The notes under the pieces were generated by a model. The model was given only the letters and a program-made list of their open reading frames with translations, was not told the DNA's origin and did no database searches. From NCBI GenBank assembly GCA_963847625.1, contig CAWKAR010000028.1, positions 1 through 64,000 on the forward strand: 64,000 nt of DNA, given 5' to 3'. Shown in pieces: positions 39,939-52,000 of the stretch (its first letter is position 1; the number at the start of each line of letters is the position of its first letter). The stretch is from a candidate division FCPU426 bacterium. Its GTDB lineage: Bacteria > Oederibacteriota > Muellerivitia > Muellerivitales > Muellerivitaceae. Position numbers and translations under genes: made by a program.

Positions 39939-39962
39939 CTAATTATATCTCGAAGGGGGTTT

Positions 39963-42751
39963 TTACTTTAAAAGAAGGATTCTTTTGATTTGGCGGTTAT
40001 AGGGCTCAACAAGGTAAAGAATATAGACTCCGCTGGCGCATGGATCACCGTATTTGTTCCTACCGTCCCAAAGGTAAAAAGCGGAAATTGGGCCTTCCAA
40101 ATGCCGCGAATCCAGGGTCTTGATGTGTTCCCCGGCGGAATTATAAATCCCCAAGGAAAAGTCACCCGGATACTGGCAGTAGGAAACATAGATCGAGACA
40201 GGCCCGTTGGATGGGAAAAACGCGTTCTTCGAGATGGAGAACTCAGAGCAGGATGGAAGCGCCGTAAAGGTCGGCGTCAAAGTATATGTGATCGTGAGGG
40301 TAAACGTGGTGGTAGGTGTCGGCGTAGGAGTCGGCGTGTTCGTAGGCGTGCTGGTATCCATGGGTGTGTAAGTGCCCGTCGGGGTGTTCGTCGGCGTGGG
40401 CGAGAAGGTGTCGGTGGGTGTGTTCATCGGCGTAGGGGTATTGGTATTCGTCGGGGTGGAAGTGAGGGTTGTGTTGGGGGTCGGGATGGAAAAAATGGAA
40501 GAGTCGAATTTCGTCACGAAACCTGTCAAATAGCCCCCCCCATAATTCGGTTGGAAGACCCCCGGGGTGATCGGGAAATTCGATCCGGCGAAACCCACCA
40601 TATAGACGCCGCCGTCGGACCCCAGGGCGACGCCAGCCGGATCGCTGTCCCAACTACTTCCGCTAAAATAGGTGGAATAAAGCAATCCAGTGCCTGTGGG
40701 ATTCAGTTGGGTCAAGAAACCGTCATCGGCGCTTGTGGTTTTACTGGTTTGGTAGGCCCCGGGCGTGGTGGGAAAATTTGAATCATCCGTATAACCGACC
40801 ACGTAGGCCCGGCCCGCGGCGTCCACGGCGATGGCCATCCCGACGTCCGTGCCGCCGCTGCCCCCCAGGTAGGTGGAATAAGCCAGGTCCGCGGCGCCGT
40901 TGCCGGCCGGGACGATCTTGGAAACAAAACAATCGTCACCCAGATTGGCCGTGGGTTGGAAGGCCCCGGGAGTCGTCGGGAAACCCGTTCCGGTGTAACC
41001 GGTGATATAAGCAGCCCCCGAAGAGTCCACCGCCAGACCGTTGCAATAAAAGTAGCCCACATAAGTGCAATAAAGCAGGGAAGAACCGGTAGAGTTAAAG
41101 ACCGCGACGTAGGGTGAAAACGGATTGTTGACGTTGGTGGAGGCGCTTTGATAGGCCCCGGGAGTGACGGGCATGCCCGCATAGGCGGTGCCCGCAAGGT
41201 AGACATTCCCGCCAGGACCCAAGGCTAATGAAAAACCGCCGGATAAGCCTCCGGAACATCCCAGATAGGTACAGAACAGCAAATCGTTGGCGCCGTTCCC
41301 GGCGGGGTTCAGCTCGGCCAGAAAGACGGCGTGGGAGCCTTGGACGGTGGTCTGGTAGGCACCCGAAGTCGCGGGCAGGTCCCCGTCAGTGGCACCCGTC
41401 GCGTAAATATCACCGGAGGCGTTCAAGGCGATCCCGCCCGCCGTGCTTCCCCCCCGCCCAAGTAAGTGGAATAAACCAGGAAAGATCCGTTGGGGTTCAG
41501 TTCCGCCACAGCCGGCCCCCCGCCCGAGCTGGCGGTCTCATAGCTGCCGGTGGTCGTCGGGAAACCCGTGGGCGCATTAGCCATGATGAACGCGTTCCCG
41601 GCCCCATTCACCGCGATGCCGGTAGGGGTGCCCTCGGCGGGCCCCAGGTAGGTCGCGTAAAGAAGTGTGGAGCCCGTGGGATCAATTTTGGAAACGACCA
41701 TATTGATAAGGTGGGATGAAAAGGCGGATTGATAGGCGCCGGGCGTGACCGGGAAATTGCCGTCCGAAGTCCCGGCGACATAGGCGTTTCCGGCCGCATC
41801 CACCGCAATCAGGTTCATCCCATCTATTATGTTCCCCCCCAGGTAGGTGGAGTAATCCAAGACCGGGTCGATCACCAGGGGAAGGGTTTTGTCATAGTTC
41901 CCCATTTCAAAACCGATTTTCCCATCTGGCTTTAACGAGTAATGGCCTTCTATCTTTTCATTTTCAATTGTCCATTCTCCATTTTTCATTCTCTTCTGGT
42001 AAACCACCGGTGCCTTGAAAGCAACGTCCCCTTTGTCCATGTGGAAAATCAGATCCCCTTGGCCGTCCACTTCGGCGTTTTTGGCACCCTCATAACTGAG
42101 ACCAATTACATTTGGATCCACCCCCGGCTTCACCTCGAAGTCATACTCCAGTTTTCTCTGCGCTCCGTAATAAACCATGTCAACACCCGGATAGACTTCC
42201 CTCATCTTCACTTTGGTATAGTTGGGTATGTTGGTGTGCCACTTGGAACGGTCATTGCCGATGAAGTAATTACTCTTCCCTTCCGTCTTTTCCATTCCCG
42301 CGAATTCTGCTAATCGGTTCCCACCCTCAAGCCTCAGTCTCAAAACATCCGGATTATTTGGTTTGATAGGTTCTTTCGCACCAAAGCCTTTGGCTGGGTC
42401 TCTGAGTCTCTGTGGTAAATTTTTCCCTTCGCCTCTTTTCAGGACAAACACCGCTTCGGCGGGAGTTATAAAAAGAGAATAACCACTTCCCCTAGAGAGA
42501 AATTTCACCTGGGGGTCGAATTGGCCTTCGTTGGGTTCGAAATAAAGGGGGATGTGCCCGTGATTCTGGTTGAGTTTCAAAAGCGCGGTTTGATTGGGCT
42601 GGGCAACTTTGGAAGCGGTTTGGGATTTTTTTGATACAGGGGAAGAACTGTTATGGGTTGTGGTAACCAAACCCATTCCAAAAACTAAGATGACACAGGC
42701 AAATAGACTGGCGTTTAAAAGCCTCATATGTTTCTTGGATACTTTCGGCAT
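39963..42751 (-). pseudogene. SBBP repeat protein (paralog 2), frameshifted at a G7 tract
   Basis: ORFs 41423-42769 and 39963-41426 join into [19 protein letters not shown] if the C7 run at 41449-41455 changes by +1 or -2. Confidence 0.85.
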
Positions 42752-43996
42752 GTTTATTCCTTCGTCCAATTATATCTCGAAGGTTGTTTTTACTTTAAAA
42801 GAAGGATTCTTTTGATTTGGCGGTTATAGGGCTCAACAAGGTAAAGAATATAGACTCCACTGGCGCAAGGATCACCGTTTTTGTTTCTCCCATCCCAAAG
42901 ATAAGAAGCGGTAATTGGACCTTCCAAGTGTCGCGTATCTAGGGTTTTGATATGTTCCCCGGCGGAATTATAAATTGCCAGGGAATAGGCGCCCGGATAT
43001 TGGCAGTAATCCACTTGAATGGAAATCGGTCCCTGGCTTGGCTGGAATATGTTTTCCGAGACGTAAAATAGATCGCAGGACGGAAGCGGCGTGAAGGTCG
43101 GAGTAGGGGTTAGGGTCGGAGTGGGTGTCAGTGTGGTTGTCTGTGGGCAACCCAGTAAAAACATGTTATAGCAATACTCGGTTGACGGCGCAGTTAGAAT
43201 GTTGGAATTCGGGTATGTGGAAGGAATGGATCCCGTAATTGCCCCGGAGTCTGTTTGGCAACTATAAAGGCCTTGAGAATCAAAGCCGAGCCCGCCCACC
43301 GGGAAATTTTCCAACAGGATGCAGGAATCGCCGCAAGGAAAGGTTACGGGGCCAATGGCGACCGTCACCCAACCGGAGGGCACAGCGTTTACCGTGACGC
43401 TGGTTGCGGCAACCAGGCTGGTGTTGTCATAAACCCCTAGGTTCATGGTCAAGGCGGTTGCGGCCCCGGAAGCTATAAAAAAAGCCATTTGACCAAAGGT
43501 GACGCCGCAGACCGCTGGATAGGCGTTGGCTACGTAATTGTTAAGGTTCATGAAAAAATATTTGAGTGGCGATTTATAATTCGACCCCAGTAAAACGCAA
43601 TTCGAAGTGTTCGTCGGCGTGGGGCTGTATGTCACTGTAGGCGTATCGGTGGTCGTTAAGGAGTTCGTGGGTGTGGGCGTTGGGGACGGCGTCTGCGACA
43701 GGGTGGGTGTACTGGTCGGGGTCAGAGTCGGACTATTCGTCGCCGTGTAAGTGCTCGTGGCGGTGGATGTATTCGTGGATGTGGGTGTGTTACTTGAGGT
43801 GTTTGTCGGAGTCTGGCTGGAAGTAACCGTTGGGGTATTAGTAAAAGTGAAAGTGTTGGTCGTCGACGGGGTGCTTGTTGAAGTAAAGGTGTCGGTTACC
43901 GTGAAGGTATTCGTTAGGGTGTCCGTTGGGGTTGAAGTGGCTGTCGGGGTTGTGTGTGTTTGCGTAATAGTTGGTGTGATTGTATAAATATCACTT

Positions 43997-45048
43997 GCTG
44001 AATTCAACCAGTAAGTGCAACACCTTGACTAAAGACCTGCTCCGGCGTTTTGAAACGAAGGCACTTGCGAGGACGATGGTTTAGGATCCGTTCCACGCGT
44101 CGTACATTCGCTGGGGTTATAGTAGCAAAATCCGTTTTCTTGGGATAGAAGCGACGAACAAGACCTGCAGTATTTTCAACACAACCTTTCTCCCAACTGT
44201 GGAAGGGCAAACAAAAGAATGAACGAGTGCCTGAAACACGATTCACCTGGAGATGTTCGACGTTTTCGGAGCCATTGTCGTATGTGATGGTACGGCGGAG
44301 GCCTTTTGAAATCCGAACCAACCGACGGTTGATTGCGGCTCTAGTGTGGAAAGCTGATTTTTGAGGTAGCCAAGCCAGTTTCACCAGACGACTTTTGCGC
44401 TCGACCATAACCAGAAGTGAGGGTTTGCTTTTCCGGGAGATGATGGTGTCGGCCTCCCAGTGCCCGAATTGCTGTCTTGTTTCAACGATAGCTGGTCGTT
44501 GGGTAATGGGAGTACGTTGAGGAATATGGCTTTTGCGATGTTTTTGAGTGTGCCAACGTCGCAAACGTTTTCGATGGGCCCGGGCTAGATGAGGAATGAG
44601 GTTTCGAGCTTCGCAGTAGATGAATTGATAGATGGCTTCATGGGAAACGGAAAGTTTTGGTTTCTCCCGGCGAAGAAAACCGGCAATTTGCTCGGGCGAG
44701 AGTCCACGAGGTATTTCTCGCAGTACTAAACGGCGAATCTCAGGATTTTTAAGCCTTAAATGAGTACGTGAAAGACGGTTTCGGTGTTCTGCACGCATGT
44801 GAGCTCTGGCGGGCAGGTAGCGGCGAGATCGTATAGGAGGGGCGTTGCGCTTCAGTTCTCGGGAAATGCTGGATACATCACGGCCCAGACGGCGTGCGAT
44901 TTCCCGAAGGGAGAGGCCTTCAGCATTCCAAACTGAAATTTCTTCACGTTCGGCTAACGACAGATGCTTGTAGGATGATTTCATAGCACTTAGGATAACC
45001 CCCGGGTTCTGCCGGGTCTAAGTGTTGCACTTCGTTATTGAACTGGGG
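43997..45048 (-). mobile_element. IS30-family insertion sequence
   Basis: Imperfect TIRs sharing TTCAA...AAGTGCAACAC; 3-bp duplication CTT (43994-43996 and 45049-45051). Confidence 0.9.
44004..44984 (-). CDS. IS30-family transposase
   Basis: SSISRELKRN, SPEQIA, SHEAIYQFIY, GHWEADT, TYDNGSE, WEKGCVEN and LNHRPRKCL motifs. Confidence 0.96.
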   Translation of the reverse strand: MKSSYKHLSLAEREEISVWNAEGLSLREIARRLGRDVSSISRELKRNAPPIRSRRYLPARAHMRAEHRNRLSRTHLRLKNPEIRRLVLREIPRGLSPEQIAGFLRREKPKLSVSHEAIYQFIYCEARNLIPHLARAHRKRLRRWHTQKHRKSHIPQRTPITQRPAIVETRQQFGHWEADTIISRKSKPSLLVMVERKSRLVKLAWLPQKSAFHTRAAINRRLVRISKGLRRTITYDNGSENVEHLQVNRVSGTRSFFCLPFHSWEKGCVENTAGLVRRFYPKKTDFATITPANVRRVERILNHRPRKCLRFKTPEQVFSQGVALTG

Positions 45049-47438
45049 CTTTGACTAAACTTGGTCACGAAAGCATCATAACTACCATTATTAATTGTTT
45101 GGAAAGCCCCTATTGTGGTTGGAAAAACTTCAGAAAGAGTTGATCCAACAACATATACATTTTTTGAATTATCCACCGCAATGGTGCGCCCATAGGTGTC
45201 ATATATATCCCCACATAAATAAGTTGAATAAATCAAATCACTTGCTCCCATACCAACCGGATTGAGAATTGCAACAAATGCACTTGCACCGCAGTTATTT
45301 GTTTCATATGCATCACTGGTAATCGGGAAATCAGTTGAAGCAGTACCTCCTGTTAAATAAACATATCCAGACATATCCAATGCGATACCAAATCCGTAAT
45401 CCATCCAACTTCCACCAAGATATGTCGAATATATCAAAGTACTTCCTGTAGGGTCTAATTCAGTCATTACAACATTTTGTTGGCCGTAAAGACCATTACC
45501 AGCATCCGCTGTTTGAAAAGCCCCACTTGTTGTTGGATATCCAGTCACCGTATAACCAACTATATATGCATTTCCCACCGAATTTACTGCTATAGCTTCG
45601 GCAGTACATCCTAAAAATGTAGAATATTCTAAGATACTTCCATCGACATTTAATTTTGAAACAAAACCACTAGCGGGTGTTGTTTGATAGGCACCGGATG
45701 TTGCAGGAAAATTATTGGTGTTGGTATAACCCGTCACATAAGTGTTGCCAAAAATATCCACTGCAATACCATAACCTTTATCATCATAAGAGCCTCCTAA
45801 ATAAGTCGAAAAAATTAAATCATTTACTCCTCCACCTCCAGGATTAATTTTTGCAACAAAGATAACACGTGGGGTTGCTTGATATGCTCCTGGGGTTGTT
45901 GGTATTAAGCCATCTGTATAACCAGTGATATATGCGTTTCCGGAACCATCAACAGCAATAGCATCACCTTCAGCCTGATACGTACAAGTACCAAAATAGG
46001 TTGAATAGAGAAGGTTATTACCAGATGCGTTCAATTTTGAGATGAAAATATTAAAAATGCCGCCAGGAAAATTTGTTTGATACGCACCGATAGTAGTTGG
46101 GAAATTTGGGCCTGCATAACCGGAAATATATGCGTTATCCGAACTATCCAATGCGATTCGATCCCCTTGGCTATTACCAGTACCTTCAAGGTAGGTTGAA
46201 TAGACAAGCGCATTACCATATGAATTCAACTTTGATACAAAAACACAAAGAATACCGTTCGTAGGTGGTAATGTTTGATAAGCCCCATTTGTAGTGGGAA
46301 AATCAACTGAAAATGTATTACCTGTTATATAAGCATTTCCTGAACTATCTACCGTAATACCCCGACCATCTTCGCTGCTGCTTCCACCCAAATATGTCGA
46401 ATAATCCAAAACTGGGTCGATCACCAGGGGAAGGGTTTTATCGTAGTTCCCCATTTCAAATCCGATCTTTCCGTCCGCCCTAATCTTGTAGGCGCCATCA
46501 ATTTTGTTGTTTCCCATTCTTTGTTCCTGGTAAACAACCGGCGCCTTGAAAGCCACATCCCCTTGGGCCATATGGAATACCAGGTTCCCTTGGCCGTCCA
46601 CTTCCGCGTTTTTGGCTCCCTCGTAACTAAGGCCAATGACGCTTGGATCTGCTCCTGGTTTTACCTCAAAGTCATACTCTAATCTTCTCTGTGCGCCGTA
46701 ATACACCATGTCGATGCCGGGATAGACATCCTTCATTTTCACTTTGGTGTAGTTTGCAATGTTGGTATGCCACTTGGTAGGATCATTTCCAATGAAGTAA
46801 TTGCTCTTCCCTTCCGCCTTTTCCATCCCTTCGAATTCGGCCAAGCGGTTCCCGCCCTCGAGACGCAAACGCAAAACATCTGGGGGGTTTGGAGTGCGGG
46901 GTTGGTGTCCAAAATTTTTGGCTATGTCTCTGGGTCCCTGTGGTGAAAATTTTTCTTCTCCCCGCTTCAGGACAAACACCGCCTCAGCGGGCGTAATAAA
47001 GAGGGTGTAGCCGCTTCCCCTGGAAATGAATTTCACTTGGGGATCGGTTTGGCCTTCGTTGGGTTCGAAGTAAAGCGGGATGTGTCCGTAACTCTGGTTG
47101 AGCTTCAGTTGTGCGTCGGGATTTGGTTGAGAAACTTTGGAAGAAGTCTGGGGCTTTTTGGAAGATGAACTGTTATGGGTTGTGGTAACCAAACCCATTC
47201 CAAATACTGTAAAGACACAGGCAAATAGACCTGCGTTTATAAGCCGCAACCTATTGCGGAATACGTTCTTCTTAAATCATTTGACCGTCCAGGGTGAGCC
47301 AGATATAGCTAATTTTCCCACGTTCTATATCTAAGGGGTATTTCTTTTCATTAACCTAGACGGTAAAAAGCCGATTTAATCCAAAAATTTAGAAATCTTT
47401 AATGGATTTTCAGGGGTAGCGGCAAGTTACCCCCCCTA

Positions 47439-47950
47439 TGCGGGCAGTGAATCCAGCCCGTGCGGTCAGGGCTACCGGCCTCTGCGGGCAGGGTTCCCAG
47501 CATCTGCGGGCAGGACCCCGCCCCCTGCGGGCAGGAATGTGGGCAGTTTATCCCCCCCTACCGGCAAATGACACCAGGAATGTGGGCAGTTTATCTCCCC
47601 TGCTGGTAGATGACACCGGGAATGTGGGCAGTTTATCCCCCCATTCCGACAGATGACACCGGGAATGTGGGCAGTTTATCTCCCCTACCGGCAGATGACA
47701 CCGGGAATGTGGGCAGTTTATCCTCCCGCGTACTGGGTTCGCGGCTCGCTATACTGGGTTCCCGGCCCACTATACTGGGTTCGCTGCCCACTATACTGGG
47801 TTCCAGGCTTACTATACTGGGTTCACGGCTCACTATACTGGGTTCGCAGATTCCTGCACTGGGTTCGCGGCCCGCTATACTGGGTATGTGGGCGGGTTAT
47901 CCCCTCGGGAACCCCGGAACTTCGGAACCCGGGAACTCCGGAACTGGCCG
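47439..47950. repeat. Composite tandem-repeat locus B
   Basis: TGCGGGCAGG x5 (21-22 bp), ATGTGGGCAGTTTATC x5 (42-43 bp; 47537-47707), TATACTGGGTTC x8 (21 bp), then a GGAAC block. Confidence 0.92.
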
Positions 47951-48151
47951 AGAACTTTTCGTTGAAATATGAAAAAATCGGCTTTGTTTACCAGAAACGC
48001 CGGTGCCGTTTACCAGAAATCAGGGTATGCCCTCCGACGGGCTCAGACCAGGCCGGGCCTTTCCGACGGCGGTATTGTAGCGATATCTTTATTGTCTTTT
48101 GGAAATTCGGCACAAGCCCGGGGCCTCGGCAGCCGGTGAATTAAATCCGGT

Positions 48152-48403
48152 TCATCTCTTCTTCTTTGATGATTTTCCCGGTTTAACTCCATAGGGGGCG
48201 GGCTTTTCAAAAACGGTGCCGGGCTGTATATGGCGTCTTTTTCCATTGGACATTTCGTTCGCGAGTGCGGCCATTTCCTCCTGGGCCTCAAGGATTTCAT
48301 CCAGGGAGAGCTTCGCCCACCGGTTTATTTGGTAACGCCGTTGTCCCTCCCAGGTGGTTTTTTCCCAGTCGTTGGCGCTCATTCCCCGGGTTCGATTCGC
48401 CAT
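48152..48403 (-). CDS. Small hypothetical partner of nucleotidyltransferase
   Basis: AAGGA RBS just after the NTase stop; WEKTTWEGQRRYQ...LSLDEILE. Confidence 0.65.
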   Translation of the reverse strand: MANRTRGMSANDWEKTTWEGQRRYQINRWAKLSLDEILEAQEEMAALANEMSNGKRRHIQPGTVFEKPAPYGVKPGKSSKKKR

Positions 48404-48407
48404 GCGA

Positions 48408-48914
48408 TTATCCTTTTTTCCCAAGGTCATCAATATCCGCCAGGTCCTTCGGCCTTCCGGCTAATTTCTTCATTTTTAGAAGCGTGCCCAAGGTAACAAA
48501 CCTGACGTCAACATCCCCGCCCAGAACTTTTATTAACGCTTTCTCGTATTCCGTGTTAAAAGCAAAGGGCTCATCCACCAATATATCCACCGAAGTTTCT
48601 TTGTGTTTGTCGCTATAAAATTGAAGCGCCCGCATGTTCTTTTTCCCGATCCACATCTTTCTCTTCTTTTTGTCGGCGAATTCCCGGGAGGTTATTGGCA
48701 CGATCGGCTTATACCCAAAAGCTTCAAGGGCCTGAAATGCCTTAATTATATTTTTAGAGGTCATTTCCAAGGCCAGATCTATGTCCACCGTGAACCGCAA
48801 GACACCATAGGCGTTAACGGCGAGCCCGCCGACCACCAAATATCGGACGCCGCCATCGTTTAAAGCCTTGAAAACCGTCTTCGCGCTTTGTTTTTTCACT
48901 GCCGCTCCCAGCAA
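48408..48914 (-). CDS. Minimal nucleotidyltransferase-family protein
   Basis: VVGGLAVNAYG..RFTVDID and MKKLAGRPKDLADI motifs. Confidence 0.85.
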   Translation of the reverse strand: MLGAAVKKQSAKTVFKALNDGGVRYLVVGGLAVNAYGVLRFTVDIDLALEMTSKNIIKAFQALEAFGYKPIVPITSREFADKKKRKMWIGKKNMRALQFYSDKHKETSVDILVDEPFAFNTEYEKALIKVLGGDVDVRFVTLGTLLKMKKLAGRPKDLADIDDLGKKG

Positions 48915-49026
48915 TTTGTTTGCGTTCTAATGGGACCTATATTATCACGATTCACAAGCCGCCGTTTCATGGCCGCTAACCGGCTGTTGTTTGTTAGCCT
49001 TAAACTCCCTAAAAAAGAGCCCGGTC

Positions 49027-49041
49027 TGGCACCTTTTTCGC
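49027..49041 (+). promoter_or_regulatory. Putative sigma-54 (-24/-12) promoter
   Basis: TGGCACCTTTTTCGC (GG-N10-GC), 40-50 bp upstream of the 49082/49091 start. Confidence 0.55.
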
Positions 49042-49081
49042 GCCATAGCATTATTAGTATCCCCTTTCATTCCGCGATAAA

Positions 49082-52000
49082 ATGTGGCAAATGAAAACCC
49101 GGTCCTGTCTATTCCTCATCCTTGCCAGTATTCCCCCCCTTCTCCAAGCCCAAACCTGGACCAACATGGGCATCGGCGGAGGCGGGGCCCAGTTCGCGCC
49201 GTCCTTCTCCTATCTCGACCCGAACCTTTTGTTCCTCCAATGCGACATGGGCGGCATCTACCGTTCCACCAATAACGGCACAAACTTCACCATGGTGGGT
49301 TACACCCAGTTCGATTCCTCCACCGACTATCCCAACGGCGCCTGCCCCATCGGCTATGACCCCAACAACGCCAACAACCTCTGGGCTTTCGGCGAGCAAA
49401 ACGACGATACCGGCGGGAGCCTATTAAAAAGCACCGACGAGGGGGTTCACTGGAGTTATGCCGTCCAACCCGCATGGGGCAATAACTACCGGATCACCCG
49501 CATTGTCCTGGACCGGGGCAATTCGAATTTCATCGTCCTGGGCGCGGATTCAGGCGCCTACTATTCCACTAATGGCGGAACCTCCTGGAACGCCTGTTCG
49601 GGCGTGGACGGTTACGTTTGGGACATCGTGATCGACCAATCCTCGTCCGTCGGAAACCGGACGGTCTATATCGGCTCCGACGTAGACGCGTATGCGGGGA
49701 CCGGCGGGGGCGTCTTTAAGGGAACCAACGTGAATACGGGCGGCGCTTTCGCAGCCGCCAATACGGGCCTGCCCGGCGCGGCCCTGACGGGTTTCTCGGG
49801 CGCCAGCCTCAGTAGTCCGGCTACCGTGGTGCTTTACGCGGTTTACGACGGCGGCGGTGGCTCGGGTTCGGGTGGAACAGACATATACCGTTCCCTCAAC
49901 GGGGCCGCCAATTGGACTTTGGCCTACGCCGGCTCCAACACCGACGGGTTCAACAAAATCGAATGTGCCGAAGGAAGCCCCGCCACGGCTTACACCATCA
50001 ATAATTCCTCTTCCGAAACCGAAGGTGTCTGGAAAACCACCGACTACGGCTCCACCTGGACCAACGTCTTCCTGCCCTCCACCAGCGGAGGCAATGTCAC
50101 CCTGGGTTGGTGCGATTACGACATCGTTTTCCAGGAAGGGGCGGCCTGGATCCAGTTGAAGGTGGACCCCGCCAACCCCAACCGGGTTTCGGCCACGGAC
50201 CTGGACTGCAGTTACGAAACCACCGACGGCGGGGCCACCTGGTCCGAAATCTATTCCACTTTCGCGGACACCCCGCCCATCGGGGCCGGGAAGAAATGGT
50301 CCACCAGGGGTTTGGAAGTCACCACCTCCTGGCATTACTACATCAGCCCCTGGTCCCCCGCCACCCACTACATCGCCCAGAGCGACATCGGCCTCCAGCG
50401 CTCCACCGATAGCGGAAATACCTGGTACCACAGCATTCCCTTCAGCACCGCCTGGCACAACACCCTCTATGAATTGGCCTTTAACTCCGGCACCAGCGTC
50501 ATTTACGCCGCGGCCTCGAACCAGCATGACATCCCGCATTCCACGCAAATCGGAAGGGCCCCGGGCGCGGGCGGGGTTTTGCAAAGCGTCAATAACGGCG
50601 TCTCCTGGTCCAGCGTCTCCACGGGACTTCCCACCCTACCCGCCACCTCCATATTGCGCGACGCAACCACGGGAAATCTTTACGTGGCCATGTGGGGCAA
50701 CGCTACTTCCGGCACCCAGGGCGGGGTATATATGTCCACCAACAATGGAACTTCCTGGACGGCCATGAACACGGGACTGGGCAATACGCCCAATTTCCAC
50801 GCCTACCAGTTAAAAGAGGACTCGAGCGGTAATTTGTACTGCCTGATCTCGGGTTACGACGTGGGCGGAACGTGGGTCGCTGGGGGTATTTGGAAATACC
50901 CCAAAGGGGGTACCACCTGGTCCTGCCTGACCGCCAATGGGGACGGAACGGGCGTTCCCCTTTATTACCTGCAGGGTTTTGACATCGATTCTTCCGGAAC
51001 CACCATCTATGCCGCTTCCATGAAATGGGGCTCGCCCACCCAAAAAGGCATGTACCGCTCAACCAATGGCGGGGCCAGTTGGACCCACCCGATTACAACC
51101 TTCCCCGGAACCGTCAATCCCATTGACGGATTTTGCCCCAGCGTCAACCCAAACAACTCCTCGGATGTTTATCTCGGAACCGAGGACGAGGGACTTTGGG
51201 AATCCCTGGACGGCGGAAATACATGGAGCCAAATAACCGGGGTGCCTTTCCTGAATACCCACCGGGTCTTTTTTGACCCAGCTACCGGTAACCGTTACTT
51301 GACCACTTTCGGGAGCAGTGCCTGGAAACTGGCGTCGGGCGGCATTCCCACCGTTACGCCCACCTCCACATCCAACTTGACCTCCACATCCACCCCTACT
51401 CGCACGGTCAGTTCAACACCCACGCCCACTGCCACACCGACTGTAACGGGTCCTACCACCTCGACAGCCACATCCACACCCACCGGCACACCCACTTTCA
51501 CACCAACTGGAACATCCACTTACACATCAACAGTAACTGTAACGCCTACTCTATCCCCCACGACAACTTCTTCCCTCACATCCACCCGAACCCCCACTTC
51601 CACTCCCACGGGAACAAATACGCCTAGCGCGACGGCCTCACCTTCATTTACGGCAACCCGAACCGCTTCGCCTTCGGCTACGCCAACATCGACTGGCACG
51701 CCCACTTCAACCCCCACCAGAACCGCGACCAGGACCCCGACCATGACCGCCACACCCACTCCATCCCCCGCCACTACCCCATCCCTCACACCCACTCGAA
51801 CCCCCACATCCTCGCCCACGGGCACGAACACGCCCAGCGCGACAATCTCACCCACTTTTACGGCGACGCGCACCGCCACACCCACTCCTACCATTTCCAA
51901 CACTTTTACGCCTTCAAGCACTTTCACTTTAACGCCGACCTTTACAGCCACCCCTTCCCCTACTGACACGCTTACCCCTACCGTTACACCCACCGGAACC

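Larger units (their letters stand above)
42790..47249 (-). pseudogene. SBBP repeat protein (paralog 3), interrupted by IS30
   Basis: Removing the IS and one CTT copy gives in-frame FVTKFSQSDIYT, matching paralog 1 [12 protein letters not shown]. Confidence 0.88.

Noticed and set aside
36295..43760. Diversity-generating retroelement (near-identical duplicated C-terminal blocks as TR/VR)
   Set aside because: No reverse transcriptase is present, and the mismatches I compared are not adenine-specific on either strand.
47537..47725. CRISPR array (CAGTTTATCCCC resembles part of type I-E repeats)
   Set aside because: The unit is only 42-43 bp, the intervening sequences are near-identical rather than unique spacers, and there are no cas genes in the window.
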